A stretch of 37,383 nucleotides of DNA from a virus (lineage: Duplodnaviria; Heunggongvirae; Uroviricota; Caudoviricetes): the IMG/VR virus record IMGVR_UViG_2737471869_000016; one strand, 5' to 3'. This document shows positions 1-8,122 of this stretch, piece by piece. Both the position numbers and the translations under genes were made by a program. Below the pieces are notes generated by a model. The model ran no database searches, was not told the origin of the DNA, and saw only the letters and a program-made list of their open reading frames with translations. Position 1 is the stretch's first letter, and the number at the start of each line of letters is the position of its first letter.

Positions 1-641
1 CCATCAGTCGCGCCAAAGCCATCGCAGAGTTTTTCGAAGGTGCTGCTGAACATCGCCGCCGTCATGGTGGCCAGCGTCTGTATCTGGTGTTTGTTGAGCT
101 GCGGCAGGTAAAGCAAATCATCCAGGCGTTCGCGTCCGGCAAGGGAGCGATAACCCGGAGTCAGCCAGCGGTGGTCGGCGCGGTCCAGACGTTCGAATAT
201 TTTGCGCAGGGTTCCGCGCGCGTAGCGTTCAGCCTGCCAGCTCTTTTTGCCTTTCCGGCGATCGGCTTCCTGTTTTTTGCGCAGGAAAGAGAGGTGGCGG
301 CTCAGAGGTTCTCGCAGATAAACGGGAAGCGCCTTCAGTGTGGCAAAGGCACGGGCTACCGGGTCTTGTTCTGTTGCCCGGCGCTTGCTGATGATGCTCT
401 GTGCCAGCTTTTCACGCTGTCCGGCTTCCTCAAGGGATGCCATGAGTTTTTTACCCATGGCGGATTGTGCGAAAAAGGCTTCTTCCTTCGCTTCCTGTTC
501 TTTCTGTGCCCTTTTGTCCGCCTCAAGGTAGTAACGGATGGCGCGTTGCAGGTCGGTTTCAGTTTCCTGCCTGCGCTCCGTAAATCTGGCTGGATCAATG
601 GCTGGCCGTGGTTCATTCCAGCTCCATGCAAACTCACTCAT
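1..641 (-). CDS. Hypothetical protein, N-terminal ~213 aa, runs off the left edge; possibly replication-associated by position in a phage-like early operon
   Basis: My own translation of the minus strand from ATG at 641..639 (MSEFAWSWNEPRPAIDPARFTERRQETETDLQRAIRYYLEADKRAQKEQ...) is open to position 1 with protein-like composition. Its ATG overlaps the TGA of the upstream gene (ATGA coupling). Not in the ORF track because it is edge-truncated. Function not recognised. Confidence 0.5.
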   Translation of the reverse strand, partial: MSEFAWSWNEPRPAIDPARFTERRQETETDLQRAIRYYLEADKRAQKEQEAKEEAFFAQSAMGKKLMASLEEAGQREKLAQSIISKRRATEQDPVARAFATLKALPVYLREPLSRHLSFLRKKQEADRRKGKKSWQAERYARGTLRKIFERLDRADHRWLTPGYRSLAGRERLDDLLYLPQLNKHQIQTLATMTAAMFSSTFEKLCDGFGATD

Positions 642-1027
642 GGCTGGTATCCCGTCACGCGCTGCCACTCCTGCGAGAAGAGGGTGGAAAGGCGGTTAAA
701 TTCAGCGGTGTATTCACTCAGCGAGGCACACCCGCCAGCAGTGCGATGCGCCAGCATTGCCGCAAATACGGAGGCCGGGGAGTCGTAATACGCCAGTAGT
801 GATTCGCCGTGTGGTGTCAGGCAGTGCAACGCCAGCCCGTGTGGTGTGAAGTCCACGCGGTAGCAGTCGTCTACTGTGAAATAAAGGGTGTCTGCATTCT
901 CTGGTTTTGTGGTGCGTGCTCTGTTGTCACGACCACGGATGTAGAGATCAAATAATCCCTGAAGAACGGGAGCCAGACGGGTGTCCTGTGTGCGCACCCA
1001 TCTTGTGAAGTCATGAGCGTCAATCAT
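638..1027 (-). CDS. Hypothetical phage-like protein (129 aa)
   Basis: ORF-track frame; stop overlaps start of the downstream edge-truncated gene; no motif recognised. Confidence 0.5.
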   Translation of the reverse strand: MIDAHDFTRWVRTQDTRLAPVLQGLFDLYIRGRDNRARTTKPENADTLYFTVDDCYRVDFTPHGLALHCLTPHGESLLAYYDSPASVFAAMLAHRTAGGCASLSEYTAEFNRLSTLFSQEWQRVTGYQP

Positions 1028-1099
1028 GCTGCAATTCTCTTTACTACAGATGTGCGAAGGCCTCCCGCCGCAAGGTGCAGGAAAGGCCCGGAACAGGAA

Positions 1100-1330
1100 T
1101 TAATGGAGTTTGTTTTGCTGCTGGATGAGCTGTTGAAGCTCGTGCAGATCATCCGCCAGATAGCTGAAAACAGAGGCGGAATAAATGTTTGATAGTGCGT
1201 GGCTGCGCTCATGCAGCATATTGATGTGCATGATTTGCGCGACGCATGATGCGCGGGAAAGTCTGCGGTTGATTTCAGTCTGGATGTGACGACGCGCAGC
1301 GTATGCGCGCTGTTGTTTGCGGTTTGCCAT
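1100..1330 (-). CDS. Hypothetical small basic protein (76 aa)
   Basis: ORF-track frame with Arg-rich N-terminus; same strand as neighbours; no motif recognised. Confidence 0.4.
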   Translation of the reverse strand: MANRKQQRAYAARRHIQTEINRRLSRASCVAQIMHINMLHERSHALSNIYSASVFSYLADDLHELQQLIQQQNKLH

Positions 1331-1652
1331 GGTGTGGCCTCTTTGCTCGGTGATAGAAATAGCTCACCATCCAGAGTTGAGAATCTCGGGGTGGCGAGAC
1401 GTACAGGGTTCTCAACACCGGAGAGCAAAGAATCCGGCCCGACCGAAGTCGGCCCCGTACGCCCCGCCATAATTCTGACGCGAAAAAGACGTGGCAATAC
1501 AGTACGCACAAAAAAACCGCTGGCGCGGTTATGCGCTTTGCTCTGTATCGGGTTGAGAATCCCGGCACCCGTTTTATGAGGTGCAGCGGAAATGTAACCT
1601 GACCGATTGCGACATGGCAAGCGGTTTTTTTGTGTGTGCATGTTCTGGTTTC

Positions 1653-1952
1653 TTACTGGTTCAGAAAAAAATCAAAAACCTTGTCAATGCGTTGCAGCAG
1701 CTCTTGCTGCATTGCTTCCGGCGTTTCCGGTTCGCCTGGTGCCCCCAGCGTTGCGCAGAAATCAGCGATTTCATGATGGAGCGTCAGGCGAATGGCAGGA
1801 GCCGTGGTTTTGGCGTGCTCCAGCTGATCCAGCAGTGCCAGCACTGCAGACGGCGAGAGCATTGCGCGAAATGCCAGTAATTTTTGAGGAGTTGCCATTC
1901 GTTGCAGGGCAAATGCCAGTTCGCGTAGCTTCTGGTGGTTGATGGTGCTCAT
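1653..1952 (-). CDS. Hypothetical protein (99 aa)
   Basis: ORF-track frame; start overlaps stop of the upstream 88-aa gene (operon packing). Confidence 0.45.
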   Translation of the reverse strand: MSTINHQKLRELAFALQRMATPQKLLAFRAMLSPSAVLALLDQLEHAKTTAPAIRLTLHHEIADFCATLGAPGEPETPEAMQQELLQRIDKVFDFFLNQ

Positions 1953-2215
1953 GTTCTGGCTTCCTTCAGTAGCTGGTTAAACATGTGAGTAAGTGGATTG
2001 CTACACCCGAACGGCATCGGGTTTACGTGGTAAGAAGCCTGGCCTCCAGTTTTGCGAGCGCGACCACCTGTGCTGCGGTTTGTTCTGATGACTAAGCCGC
2101 CGCGCCAAAGTCGGCGTAACTCAGCATTAATAGCTGTGGTTGGGGTGTTCAGTGCTGCGGCGATTTCTCCGCCGCTACAACCCGGATGTGTAGTGATGTA
2201 GTCCAGAATGGTCAT
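1949..2215 (-). CDS. Small putative DNA-binding protein (88 aa), winged-helix-like
   Basis: Sequence GGEIAAALNTPTTAINAELRRLWRGGLV resembles a helix-turn-helix recognition segment; overlapping start/stop with neighbours. Confidence 0.45.
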   Translation of the reverse strand: MTILDYITTHPGCSGGEIAAALNTPTTAINAELRRLWRGGLVIRTNRSTGGRARKTGGQASYHVNPMPFGCSNPLTHMFNQLLKEART

Positions 2216-2415
2216 TTGCGTGGCTCCTGTACCTGTCGGATAAGATTCACCCGCGCCACGTTGGTGGCGCAGAAGTAAGTGCCGTCAGTGAGGTAGATGT
2301 GGTGTGCATCCTTTTCCGAACGATGTTTGTCGATAGTGGTAATCAGGCGTTCGTCGACCTCGTATTCGCGCCCTCTGGAGGTAAAGCGAATGACGGGAAA
2401 ATGCTTAATTGCCAT
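2212..2415 (-). CDS. Hypothetical protein (67 aa)
   Basis: ORF-track frame, tightly packed in minus-strand operon. Confidence 0.4.
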   Translation of the reverse strand: MAIKHFPVIRFTSRGREYEVDERLITTIDKHRSEKDAHHIYLTDGTYFCATNVARVNLIRQVQEPRK

Positions 2416-2438
2416 TGCGCCCCCTTTGTCCAGTAACC

Positions 2439-2855
2439 CTATGCGTTAAATACGGCACGTTGCGCGTCATCAATGAATACAGCTTGAGATCGTTCTATCA
2501 GGCGGAGATTTGTCAGAAGCTCTGACTCTTTTGTGTGGTAAGGCGTTATCAGGTATTTGCCGTGCAGTTCGGCAATAATGGTGTATTGCGTCATTATTGC
2601 CGAACCAAGAATGTAAATGCGGCGTCCAATGCTGGACGGATTCATGGCTGCAACTGTTGACTGTGTTTTAAGAGTGTCGATTTCTTTGCTCTGTTCCTCA
2701 ATAATTTTGGCTGCTTCAGAGGTGGCTATTGCGATGGTCAGTGCGTAAAGCGCTGCCATATGTTGATTATCTTTCTGGGCTGCCCTGGGCAGCTTGTCTT
2801 GCTCTGCTGACACCATTTTTAATGTGTTGATAATATTTTTTTCTTTTGCGTTCAT
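2439..2855 (-). CDS. Hypothetical protein (138 aa)
   Basis: ORF-track frame; protein-like composition; no motif recognised. Confidence 0.5.
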   Translation of the reverse strand: MNAKEKNIINTLKMVSAEQDKLPRAAQKDNQHMAALYALTIAIATSEAAKIIEEQSKEIDTLKTQSTVAAMNPSSIGRRIYILGSAIMTQYTIIAELHGKYLITPYHTKESELLTNLRLIERSQAVFIDDAQRAVFNA

Positions 2856-3057
2856 TTTATATCTCCGTTATTTGCGTGTGCGAATACCTCCGCGAATGCG
2901 GATAGTTTTCAGGTTTTCGGGTTTAATCTGGTGTTTTGTTTAAGCTGTTATTTGTCAGTGAAAAAGCGTTCAATCTTTTTTACTGAATGAATAATTCGCA
3001 TAATCCCAATGGCGCAGGCCACCGAAATAATCAGAACAAGCCATGAGATAAATATAC

Positions 3058-3300
3058 TCATGCGATATTCCCCAGCTTATACGGTTCAATGTGTTCCCCG
3101 CATTCTGCGGCACAGATCAGCTCGGAAAGTTCGTTCAGTGCATCCAGATCATCAGCGTAAAAAGCAACGTCATACAAACTCCGGATTGCCCTGGTCAATG
3201 AGTCACGGGCTGCATGTTCAGCATGAGCGCCTGATGCACTTAAGCGAAAATAAAATCGTTCAAGTGCTTTGTTAATGAGAGTTTTATATTCTTTGCCCAT
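3058..3300 (-). CDS. Hypothetical protein (80 aa)
   Basis: ORF-track frame; no motif recognised. Confidence 0.4.
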   Translation of the reverse strand: MGKEYKTLINKALERFYFRLSASGAHAEHAARDSLTRAIRSLYDVAFYADDLDALNELSELICAAECGEHIEPYKLGNIA

Positions 3301-3311
3301 CGCAACGCCCT

Positions 3312-3590
3312 TTAATCTGCTTTCTGAATTTCAGCTTCTGAATCCATACAAATAATTTCGATATAGGGTTCATCGCCATTAACCTGACGTGCCTTTTCAG
3401 CTTCGCTAATAATTTCTCGTACGGTCTGGTACGGAAGCTCCACAGTCAGGCGCGTACCGTTCAGATAAACGTAAGTAGCTGCGTTTTTTTCGGATGGAAC
3501 AACTCCGTCAATGGCTGATGCGCGTAATAACAGTTCACCGCGAAAATCAATAAAACGGATAAATACACCTTGTGCATGCTCTTTGGTCAT
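3312..3590 (-). CDS. Hypothetical protein (~92 aa; the ORF-track frame extends to 3650 but an internal ATG at 3590 with AGGTG 5 nt upstream avoids overlap with the upstream gene)
   Basis: ORF-track frame 3312..3650; internal Met (MTKEHAQGV...) preceded by a Shine-Dalgarno-like AGGTG. Confidence 0.45.
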   Translation of the reverse strand: MTKEHAQGVFIRFIDFRGELLLRASAIDGVVPSEKNAATYVYLNGTRLTVELPYQTVREIISEAEKARQVNGDEPYIEIICMDSEAEIQKAD

Positions 3591-3600
3591 AAAGCACCTG

Positions 3601-3951
3601 TTATAAATCAGCCTGTTTAATAAAACTTTGCCCGCGAAGCAGACGATCAACCGTGCGAAGTGCTTCGTATAATGTGAAATCCTGCCCGAAGTGATTGTCG
3701 CCGCAGTTCAATGCAAAAATGCGGTTTCCGGTAAACGGATTGCGTGGGCATTTGTGGACCACGATTCCAGCTTTCTCAATCAGCCAGGCATGCTCGCCGA
3801 TTTGTTTTACAGCGTGGCCATCCGGTGTTGCGTGCGTCTCGTTCAGGTTATAGCGACTGTTACTACGTGATGCACTGGTAGCGACGTGGTGTACATGGCG
3901 TTCTACGCCATTACGAAATTTGGAGTATGGATTATTAGCGTTTTTTTTCAT
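3601..3951 (-). CDS. Hypothetical protein (116 aa)
   Basis: ORF-track frame; no motif recognised. Confidence 0.45.
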   Translation of the reverse strand: MKKNANNPYSKFRNGVERHVHHVATSASRSNSRYNLNETHATPDGHAVKQIGEHAWLIEKAGIVVHKCPRNPFTGNRIFALNCGDNHFGQDFTLYEALRTVDRLLRGQSFIKQADL

Positions 3952-3972
3952 GATGGTGCTCTGTTCATTGTT

Positions 3973-4176
3973 TTAGCTGTTAGCCAAAGCGTCTTTTAAC
4001 ATCGCCACAAGGTTTACTTCAGGCTTTTCCATTTTGGCGCGTTTGGGGCGGATAATAATTCGACCGTCAGCCAACATCTTTTTGCATGTATTAAGAGGGA
4101 TACCTGTTATCTCTGCATATTTCTGCAGGGATACATAGGGGGCATTCACATTGATATTGATGGTTATACCTGACAT
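3973..4176 (-). CDS. Small HTH DNA-binding protein, excisionase/AlpA-like (67 aa)
   Basis: Segment YVSLQKYAEITGIPLNTCKKMLADGRIIIRP matches the Xis/AlpA-type HTH pattern (hydrophobic-TGI/LS-x-T-x-x-x-hydrophobic); position in a phage-like control region. Confidence 0.5.
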   Translation of the reverse strand: MSGITININVNAPYVSLQKYAEITGIPLNTCKKMLADGRIIIRPKRAKMEKPEVNLVAMLKDALANS

Positions 4177-4192
4177 CCCACTAGCCTCCTGA

Positions 4193-4399
4193 TCAGGAAG
4201 ATTTGTTTTGTTCTTTCTGGGTTAGCTCTAGGCCGCGAAGGAAGATCATGCGCGCCATGTTAGAGGATGAGCGTTGTTCTTTAGCTGCCATTTCATCAAT
4301 GACGGCTCGCTCCTCGAGGGACAGCCGAAGTGCCAGTCTTGGACCTGTGGCGGTGTTACGCGGAATGCGTGATCTGGTATCGTGAAGAACTTGTTTCAT
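4193..4399 (-). CDS. Ribbon-helix-helix (CopG/Arc-like) DNA-binding protein (68 aa)
   Basis: RLALRLSLEERAVIDEMAAK: beta-strand followed by helix pattern typical of RHH proteins; divergent from the XRE regulator gene. Confidence 0.45.
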   Translation of the reverse strand: MKQVLHDTRSRIPRNTATGPRLALRLSLEERAVIDEMAAKEQRSSSNMARMIFLRGLELTQKEQNKSS

Positions 4400-4474
4400 A
4401 GTGGTATATTGTGATCATCTAATAGCTCGTGAAATCATTTTGGTATCAAAAAAGATACCTGTCAAGGTTTTTGT

Positions 4475-4879
4475 ATGAAAAATGATATTGGTCAGCGGTT
4501 GCGTGAGGAAAGGGAAAGATTGGGACTTAGTCAAGTTGCCATGAGCGACATTGGTGGAGTCAAAAAGCTAACTCAGCTTAGATATGAGAAAGGAGATAGC
4601 TTTCCTGATGCTGCGTATTTGGCAGCGCTGTCTCGTTTTGGCCTTGATGTTCAGTATGTTGTGTTGGGAATTCACTCACCTGAAACTTATAACGATGATG
4701 AGCAGGAGTTGATTACTCGCTTTCGAGCAGCTTCGTTAGATGTGAAAAATGCGGTGATTGGGGCTTTAAAAGGCGCGATCAGTGAAAAGGAAACTCAGCC
4801 ATCAGGACGTGAGTTAAATATTTCTGGTGGTAATAACCGTATCGCTGGTCGTGACTATAACGAAACTAAGGGTAGGTGA
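4475..4879 (+). CDS. XRE/Cro-CI family HTH transcriptional regulator (134 aa)
   Basis: N-terminus IGQRLREERERLGLSQVAMSDIGGVKKLTQLRYEKG is a classic XRE-type HTH; divergently oriented to the minus-strand early-like operon. Confidence 0.8.
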   Translation: MKNDIGQRLREERERLGLSQVAMSDIGGVKKLTQLRYEKGDSFPDAAYLAALSRFGLDVQYVVLGIHSPETYNDDEQELITRFRAASLDVKNAVIGALKGAISEKETQPSGRELNISGGNNRIAGRDYNETKGR

Positions 4880-4894
4880 TAGTAGGGAGGTGAC

Positions 4895-5545
4895 ATGGCC
4901 GTCAACTCAAACGGTTCAAACAATCGCGTTGCAGGGCGTGATTTTCACGAAAAGAATATTCAGATAGAGCGATATGATGGTTCTCATACCGTCAATATCG
5001 CAATCCCTTCGAATAATGATGATGACGATCGCCCTTTGCTTAAGGCTCAGCGTAAGGAGCTAAATAGCTTGGTTGCTGCTATTGCAGAAGCTAGCAATAC
5101 TGAAGCGTTTATTATTTGGCAAAAAGTACATGCGGAGATTGGTGTAGCTGGTATTGATGATATGACAGTAAATCAATATAAAACAGCGGAGAGTTTTCTG
5201 CATGCAATGCTTGAGCGATGTAAAGATCATGATGCCTGTAAGGCTCTTGTAAGTTTATTACTACGTAACAGTGAAGACTGTGGACTTCGACAAAAACTTC
5301 TGCGGTATTGCCATATCAATTTCGGTACAGGACGTTTAAACGATCTTACTCGTTCTCAGTTACAGTCTGCATTGTCGTGGTTAGAGCAACAATCGGCATC
5401 AAGCCACACAGAGAGTTCGACCTTACCAGAAGTCCGACTACGTGCTTCAGAATTAATCCGACTTTATCCAAAAGAAATAATATTCTTTATCTGCGTAGGG
5501 GTTTTGGTAGGCGGTGTCATTTCTAGGGCGTTTTTTAATTTGTAA
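4895..5545 (+). CDS. Hypothetical protein with C-terminal hydrophobic segment (216 aa)
   Basis: ORF-track frame; C-terminus IIFFICVGVLVGGVISRAFF is a probable transmembrane helix. N-terminus repeats the motif NNRVAGRDFHE also found at the C-terminus of the preceding regulator. Confidence 0.55.
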   Translation: MAVNSNGSNNRVAGRDFHEKNIQIERYDGSHTVNIAIPSNNDDDDRPLLKAQRKELNSLVAAIAEASNTEAFIIWQKVHAEIGVAGIDDMTVNQYKTAESFLHAMLERCKDHDACKALVSLLLRNSEDCGLRQKLLRYCHINFGTGRLNDLTRSQLQSALSWLEQQSASSHTESSTLPEVRLRASELIRLYPKEIIFFICVGVLVGGVISRAFFNL

Positions 5546-5574
5546 TCTTACTTGAGCTAAATTGAGGTAATGAT

Positions 5575-5922
5575 ATGAAAGTAAAAAAGGTTCAACTATT
5601 AGTTACTTTTTTATCTATGTTTTCTTTTTCCGCCGTCGCAATGCCTTTTAAAACTATTGAACGTGAGAGTTTCAAGGGGGTATGGCCATTTAATACTGAT
5701 GAGGTTCAATTACAGTGTCTTGATGGTAATCCTTATGTGATGAATTTTGACGATAATAAGTTATATGCACTTACAGGTTTGGCTCGAATAAAAGGTAAAA
5801 CATTTGGTGCGTTACCGTTAGATAACAATAATCCATTTTGGCTAGATAATGATGCCGCCCCAGGGTTAAAAAAGAGTCTGGGGGATGTCACTAAGGCTGC
5901 ATTTGATTTATGTGATAAGTAA
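5575..5922 (+). CDS. Small secreted/periplasmic protein (115 aa)
   Basis: N-terminus MKVKKVQLLVTFLSMFSFSAVAMP looks like a signal peptide; SD-like sequence upstream. Confidence 0.6.
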   Translation: MKVKKVQLLVTFLSMFSFSAVAMPFKTIERESFKGVWPFNTDEVQLQCLDGNPYVMNFDDNKLYALTGLARIKGKTFGALPLDNNNPFWLDNDAAPGLKKSLGDVTKAAFDLCDK

Positions 5923-5927
5923 CTAAA

Positions 5928-6929
5928 ATGTCGGTTCGTAAGATTCCATCAGGTAAATGGCTTTGCGAATGTTATCCCTACGGGGCATCGGGAAAACGCA
6001 TTCGTAAACAGTTTGCGACAAAAAGTGAGGCGCTCTCTTATGAGCGCCGTTTAATGAATAGTAGAGTTGGAGACGAGTTTCAAGATGGTTCTGGTCCTCG
6101 TCTTTCTGAGTTGATTGCTCGTTGGTTTGAGATGTACGGTAAAACCTTGTCCTCTGGTGCAGAGCGCAAAGTCAAACTTGAGGCGATTTGTTCCAGGCTG
6201 GGAGATCCATTTGCTTCTCAGTTTGACAAAAATATGTTTGCTACTTATCGGGAAAGAAGGCTATCAGGAGAATGGAATCCCAAGGGGAAGAAAAAACTTA
6301 GTGAAGCAACCGTTAATCGCGAGCAGTCATATCTACATGCTGTTTTTGCCGAACTGAAGCGCCTTGGGGAGTGGTCTGGTGAAAACCCCCTGACTGGTAT
6401 TCGCAAGTTTCGTGAGGAAGAAAAGGAACTGGCGTTTCTGTATGTAGATGAGATTGAACGCCTTCTGATTGCGTGTGATGAGTCACGGAATAAAGATTTG
6501 GGGGTTGTTGTCCGTATTGGGCTTGCGACGGGTGCTCGGTGGAGTGAAGCAGAAGGATTAAAGCAATCTCAAGTACTGCCCGGTCGAATCACATTTGTTA
6601 AAACTAAAGGAAAGAAGAACCGCACTGTACCGATTTCACCTCAATTGCAGGCTATGCTTCCTAAAAAACGAGGAGCGCTATTTTCACCATGTTATGAGGC
6701 TTTTGACGCTGCAATTAAGAGAGCGAAGATCGAGCTTCCTGATGGGCAATTAACTCATGTGCTACGTCACACGTTTGCCAGTCATTTTATGATGCGGGGC
6801 GGAAATATTCTTGTGTTGCAAAAAATACTGGGGCATAGCGATATAAAAATGACTATGCGTTATGCGCATTTTGCTCCAGGTCATTTAGAGGCTGCTGTTG
6901 AATTGAACCCTTTTGACAATAGAGGGTAA
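5928..6929 (+). CDS. int: Tyrosine site-specific integrase, phage P2-like (333 aa)
   Basis: Catalytic-region motifs TGARWSEA, ITFVKTKGKKNRTVPIS, HVLRHTFASHFMMRGGNILVLQKILGH and MTMRYAHFAP (R..HxxR..Y). Recalled similarity to the phage P2 Int C-terminal region. Gene ends ~100 bp before the tRNA-Leu-derived att-like fragment. Confidence 0.9.
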   Translation: MSVRKIPSGKWLCECYPYGASGKRIRKQFATKSEALSYERRLMNSRVGDEFQDGSGPRLSELIARWFEMYGKTLSSGAERKVKLEAICSRLGDPFASQFDKNMFATYRERRLSGEWNPKGKKKLSEATVNREQSYLHAVFAELKRLGEWSGENPLTGIRKFREEEKELAFLYVDEIERLLIACDESRNKDLGVVVRIGLATGARWSEAEGLKQSQVLPGRITFVKTKGKKNRTVPISPQLQAMLPKKRGALFSPCYEAFDAAIKRAKIELPDGQLTHVLRHTFASHFMMRGGNILVLQKILGHSDIKMTMRYAHFAPGHLEAAVELNPFDNRG

Positions 6930-7035
6930 AAAGTGGCGATAAAAAGTGACAATAGATTCAAATGGCGTTGTATAGAGCCATTTTCAAAGTTAATAAAATC
7001 ATAAGGTTATGATTTATAAATGGTGGTTGATAGTT

Positions 7036-7090
7036 TTTAAAATCCCTCGGCGTTCGCGCTGTGCGGGTTCAAGTCCCGCTCCGGGTACCA
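7036..7090 (+). other. att-like fragment: 3' ~55 nt of tRNA-Leu(UAA) (anticodon loop, variable arm, T-arm, acceptor 3' strand, ACCA); not an intact tRNA gene
   Basis: TTTAAAATCCCTCGGCGTTCGCGCTGTGCGGGTTCAAGTCCCGCTCCGGGTACCA: T-stem GCGGG/CCCGC around the GTTCAAGTC T-loop, ending in ACCA. No complementary 5' acceptor strand (GCCCGGA) or D-arm upstream, so this is a partial copy as left by integration into a tRNA gene. Confidence 0.8.
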
Positions 7091-7132
7091 TGGGAAACAT
7101 CAGAATAATCAAAGCAATAAGCAGTGTCGTGA

Positions 7133-7156
7133 AACCACCTTCGGGTGGTTTTTTTG
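7133..7156 (+). terminator. Rho-independent terminator
   Basis: AAACCACC-TTCG-GGTGGTTT hairpin followed by a T-run, ~40 nt after the tRNA-derived ACCA. Confidence 0.75.
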
Positions 7157-7331
7157 TGCATGCAATTCACGCCCTGTGCATATCCTGTGCTCACGGGGTG
7201 CAATGAGCTGCAATCTACAGCCTGGCAATGCCGAATTGAACGTGTCGCCTCCAGCATAGAGAACCAGGCCGCTTTGCCTGTTTTCCGGTACTCTTCCGGG
7301 AAGGGGGGCCTGCTGAGCAAACTGTAATGTT

Positions 7332-8072
7332 CTAGCCACCCTGAGTACAAAGTTGCTTAATTCGTGCAATCACCTCATCTCTGTACTTCTGGTGTCCGCG
7401 CATAGCCCTTGGATGGGCAATTCTGAAACAGATTGCATTACCTGTTTTGAACTCCCATAGCTTCCCCGGAATGACTGAAGAAGTCTCATAGCCGCCCAGC
7501 TCAGTAAGCACCTGTTTTATGATGTAGTCTGTTCTCCGGGCTCCAGATGCAAAGATGATGAAATCAGGTTCAAGGTGTTTAATTTGTACCGCCAGCAGCT
7601 TCAGCGAGGCTAATATAACTTCCTGCACTTCATTTTGAGGGCGATTGAGAGGGGTCAGTCCGTCGTAATCCCACGCCAGTAGATTGGCATACACGATAGC
7701 CTGAGGAGGGATATTAAGCTCCCGGGCCAGCCTGAAATGATATTGCGTGAAGCGGCTACGTGATTTGAGGTTGGCGGTGCCATAATTTTGTACCGGAAGA
7801 TGTTTCCTGTAACGATCTACAGCTTCTTCAACCACCAGCCCGATGGTAACGTCAGGTATAAGTCCCAACACCCGTGATATCGTATTCTTACCATTCAGCG
7901 TATTCCAGCCTGCGGTTTCACGTCCAACCAGCATGATTTTTACCGGTGAATGCCAGTATTCTTCAAAGGGTACGGGTAAAAATACGCCTGAGTATTTATC
8001 CTCATTCAGGTTAAATGACTGGGCGTCAACTTCCTGTAATATCCGTTTGTACGCGTCTAATAGCCTTTCCAT
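7332..8072 (-). CDS. Uracil-DNA glycosylase superfamily-like protein (246 aa), putative
   Basis: Segments IMLVGRETAGWN and FRIAHPRAMRGH loosely resemble UDG motif A (GE-x-PG) and motif B (HPS-x-x); I recall a UDG-like gene as part of the pipolin gene set. Assignment is by weak motif resemblance only. Confidence 0.45.
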   Translation of the reverse strand: MERLLDAYKRILQEVDAQSFNLNEDKYSGVFLPVPFEEYWHSPVKIMLVGRETAGWNTLNGKNTISRVLGLIPDVTIGLVVEEAVDRYRKHLPVQNYGTANLKSRSRFTQYHFRLARELNIPPQAIVYANLLAWDYDGLTPLNRPQNEVQEVILASLKLLAVQIKHLEPDFIIFASGARRTDYIIKQVLTELGGYETSSVIPGKLWEFKTGNAICFRIAHPRAMRGHQKYRDEVIARIKQLCTQGG

Positions 8073-8122
8073 TCTTCAATCCTGCCCCGTAATAAAAACA
8101 CCTTCACATATATATTATCTCC

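Larger units (their letters stand above)
1..7090. mobile_element. Phage-like integrative module (partial): early-operon-like small genes, XRE regulator, P2-like integrase, tRNA-Leu-derived att fragment
   Basis: Gene content and integrase-att adjacency; left boundary outside the window. Confidence 0.6.

Noticed and set aside
87-788. 233-aa plus-strand ORF at the left edge
   Set aside because: Composition is not protein-like (Phe/Cys/Leu-rich runs) and it lies antisense to a well-behaved minus-strand frame that is translationally coupled to the gene at 638..1027; treated as a shadow ORF. The overlapping ORF-track frames 340..531 (+), 356..637 (-) and 608..799 (+) were rejected for the same reason.
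1024-1641. 205-aa minus-strand ORF (and overlapping 1275..1568 -, 1286..1579 +, 1581..1942 + frames)
   Set aside because: Non-protein-like composition (Ser/Arg/Pro-rich, many Cys), overlap with the better-supported 1100..1330 gene, and the region contains repeats and hairpins more consistent with structured non-coding DNA.
7004-7090. Possibility of an intact tRNA-Leu gene
   Set aside because: Only the 3' ~55 nt (anticodon loop through ACCA) are present; no 5' acceptor strand complementary to TCCGGGT and no D-arm can be found in the upstream 40 nt, so it cannot fold as a complete tRNA.
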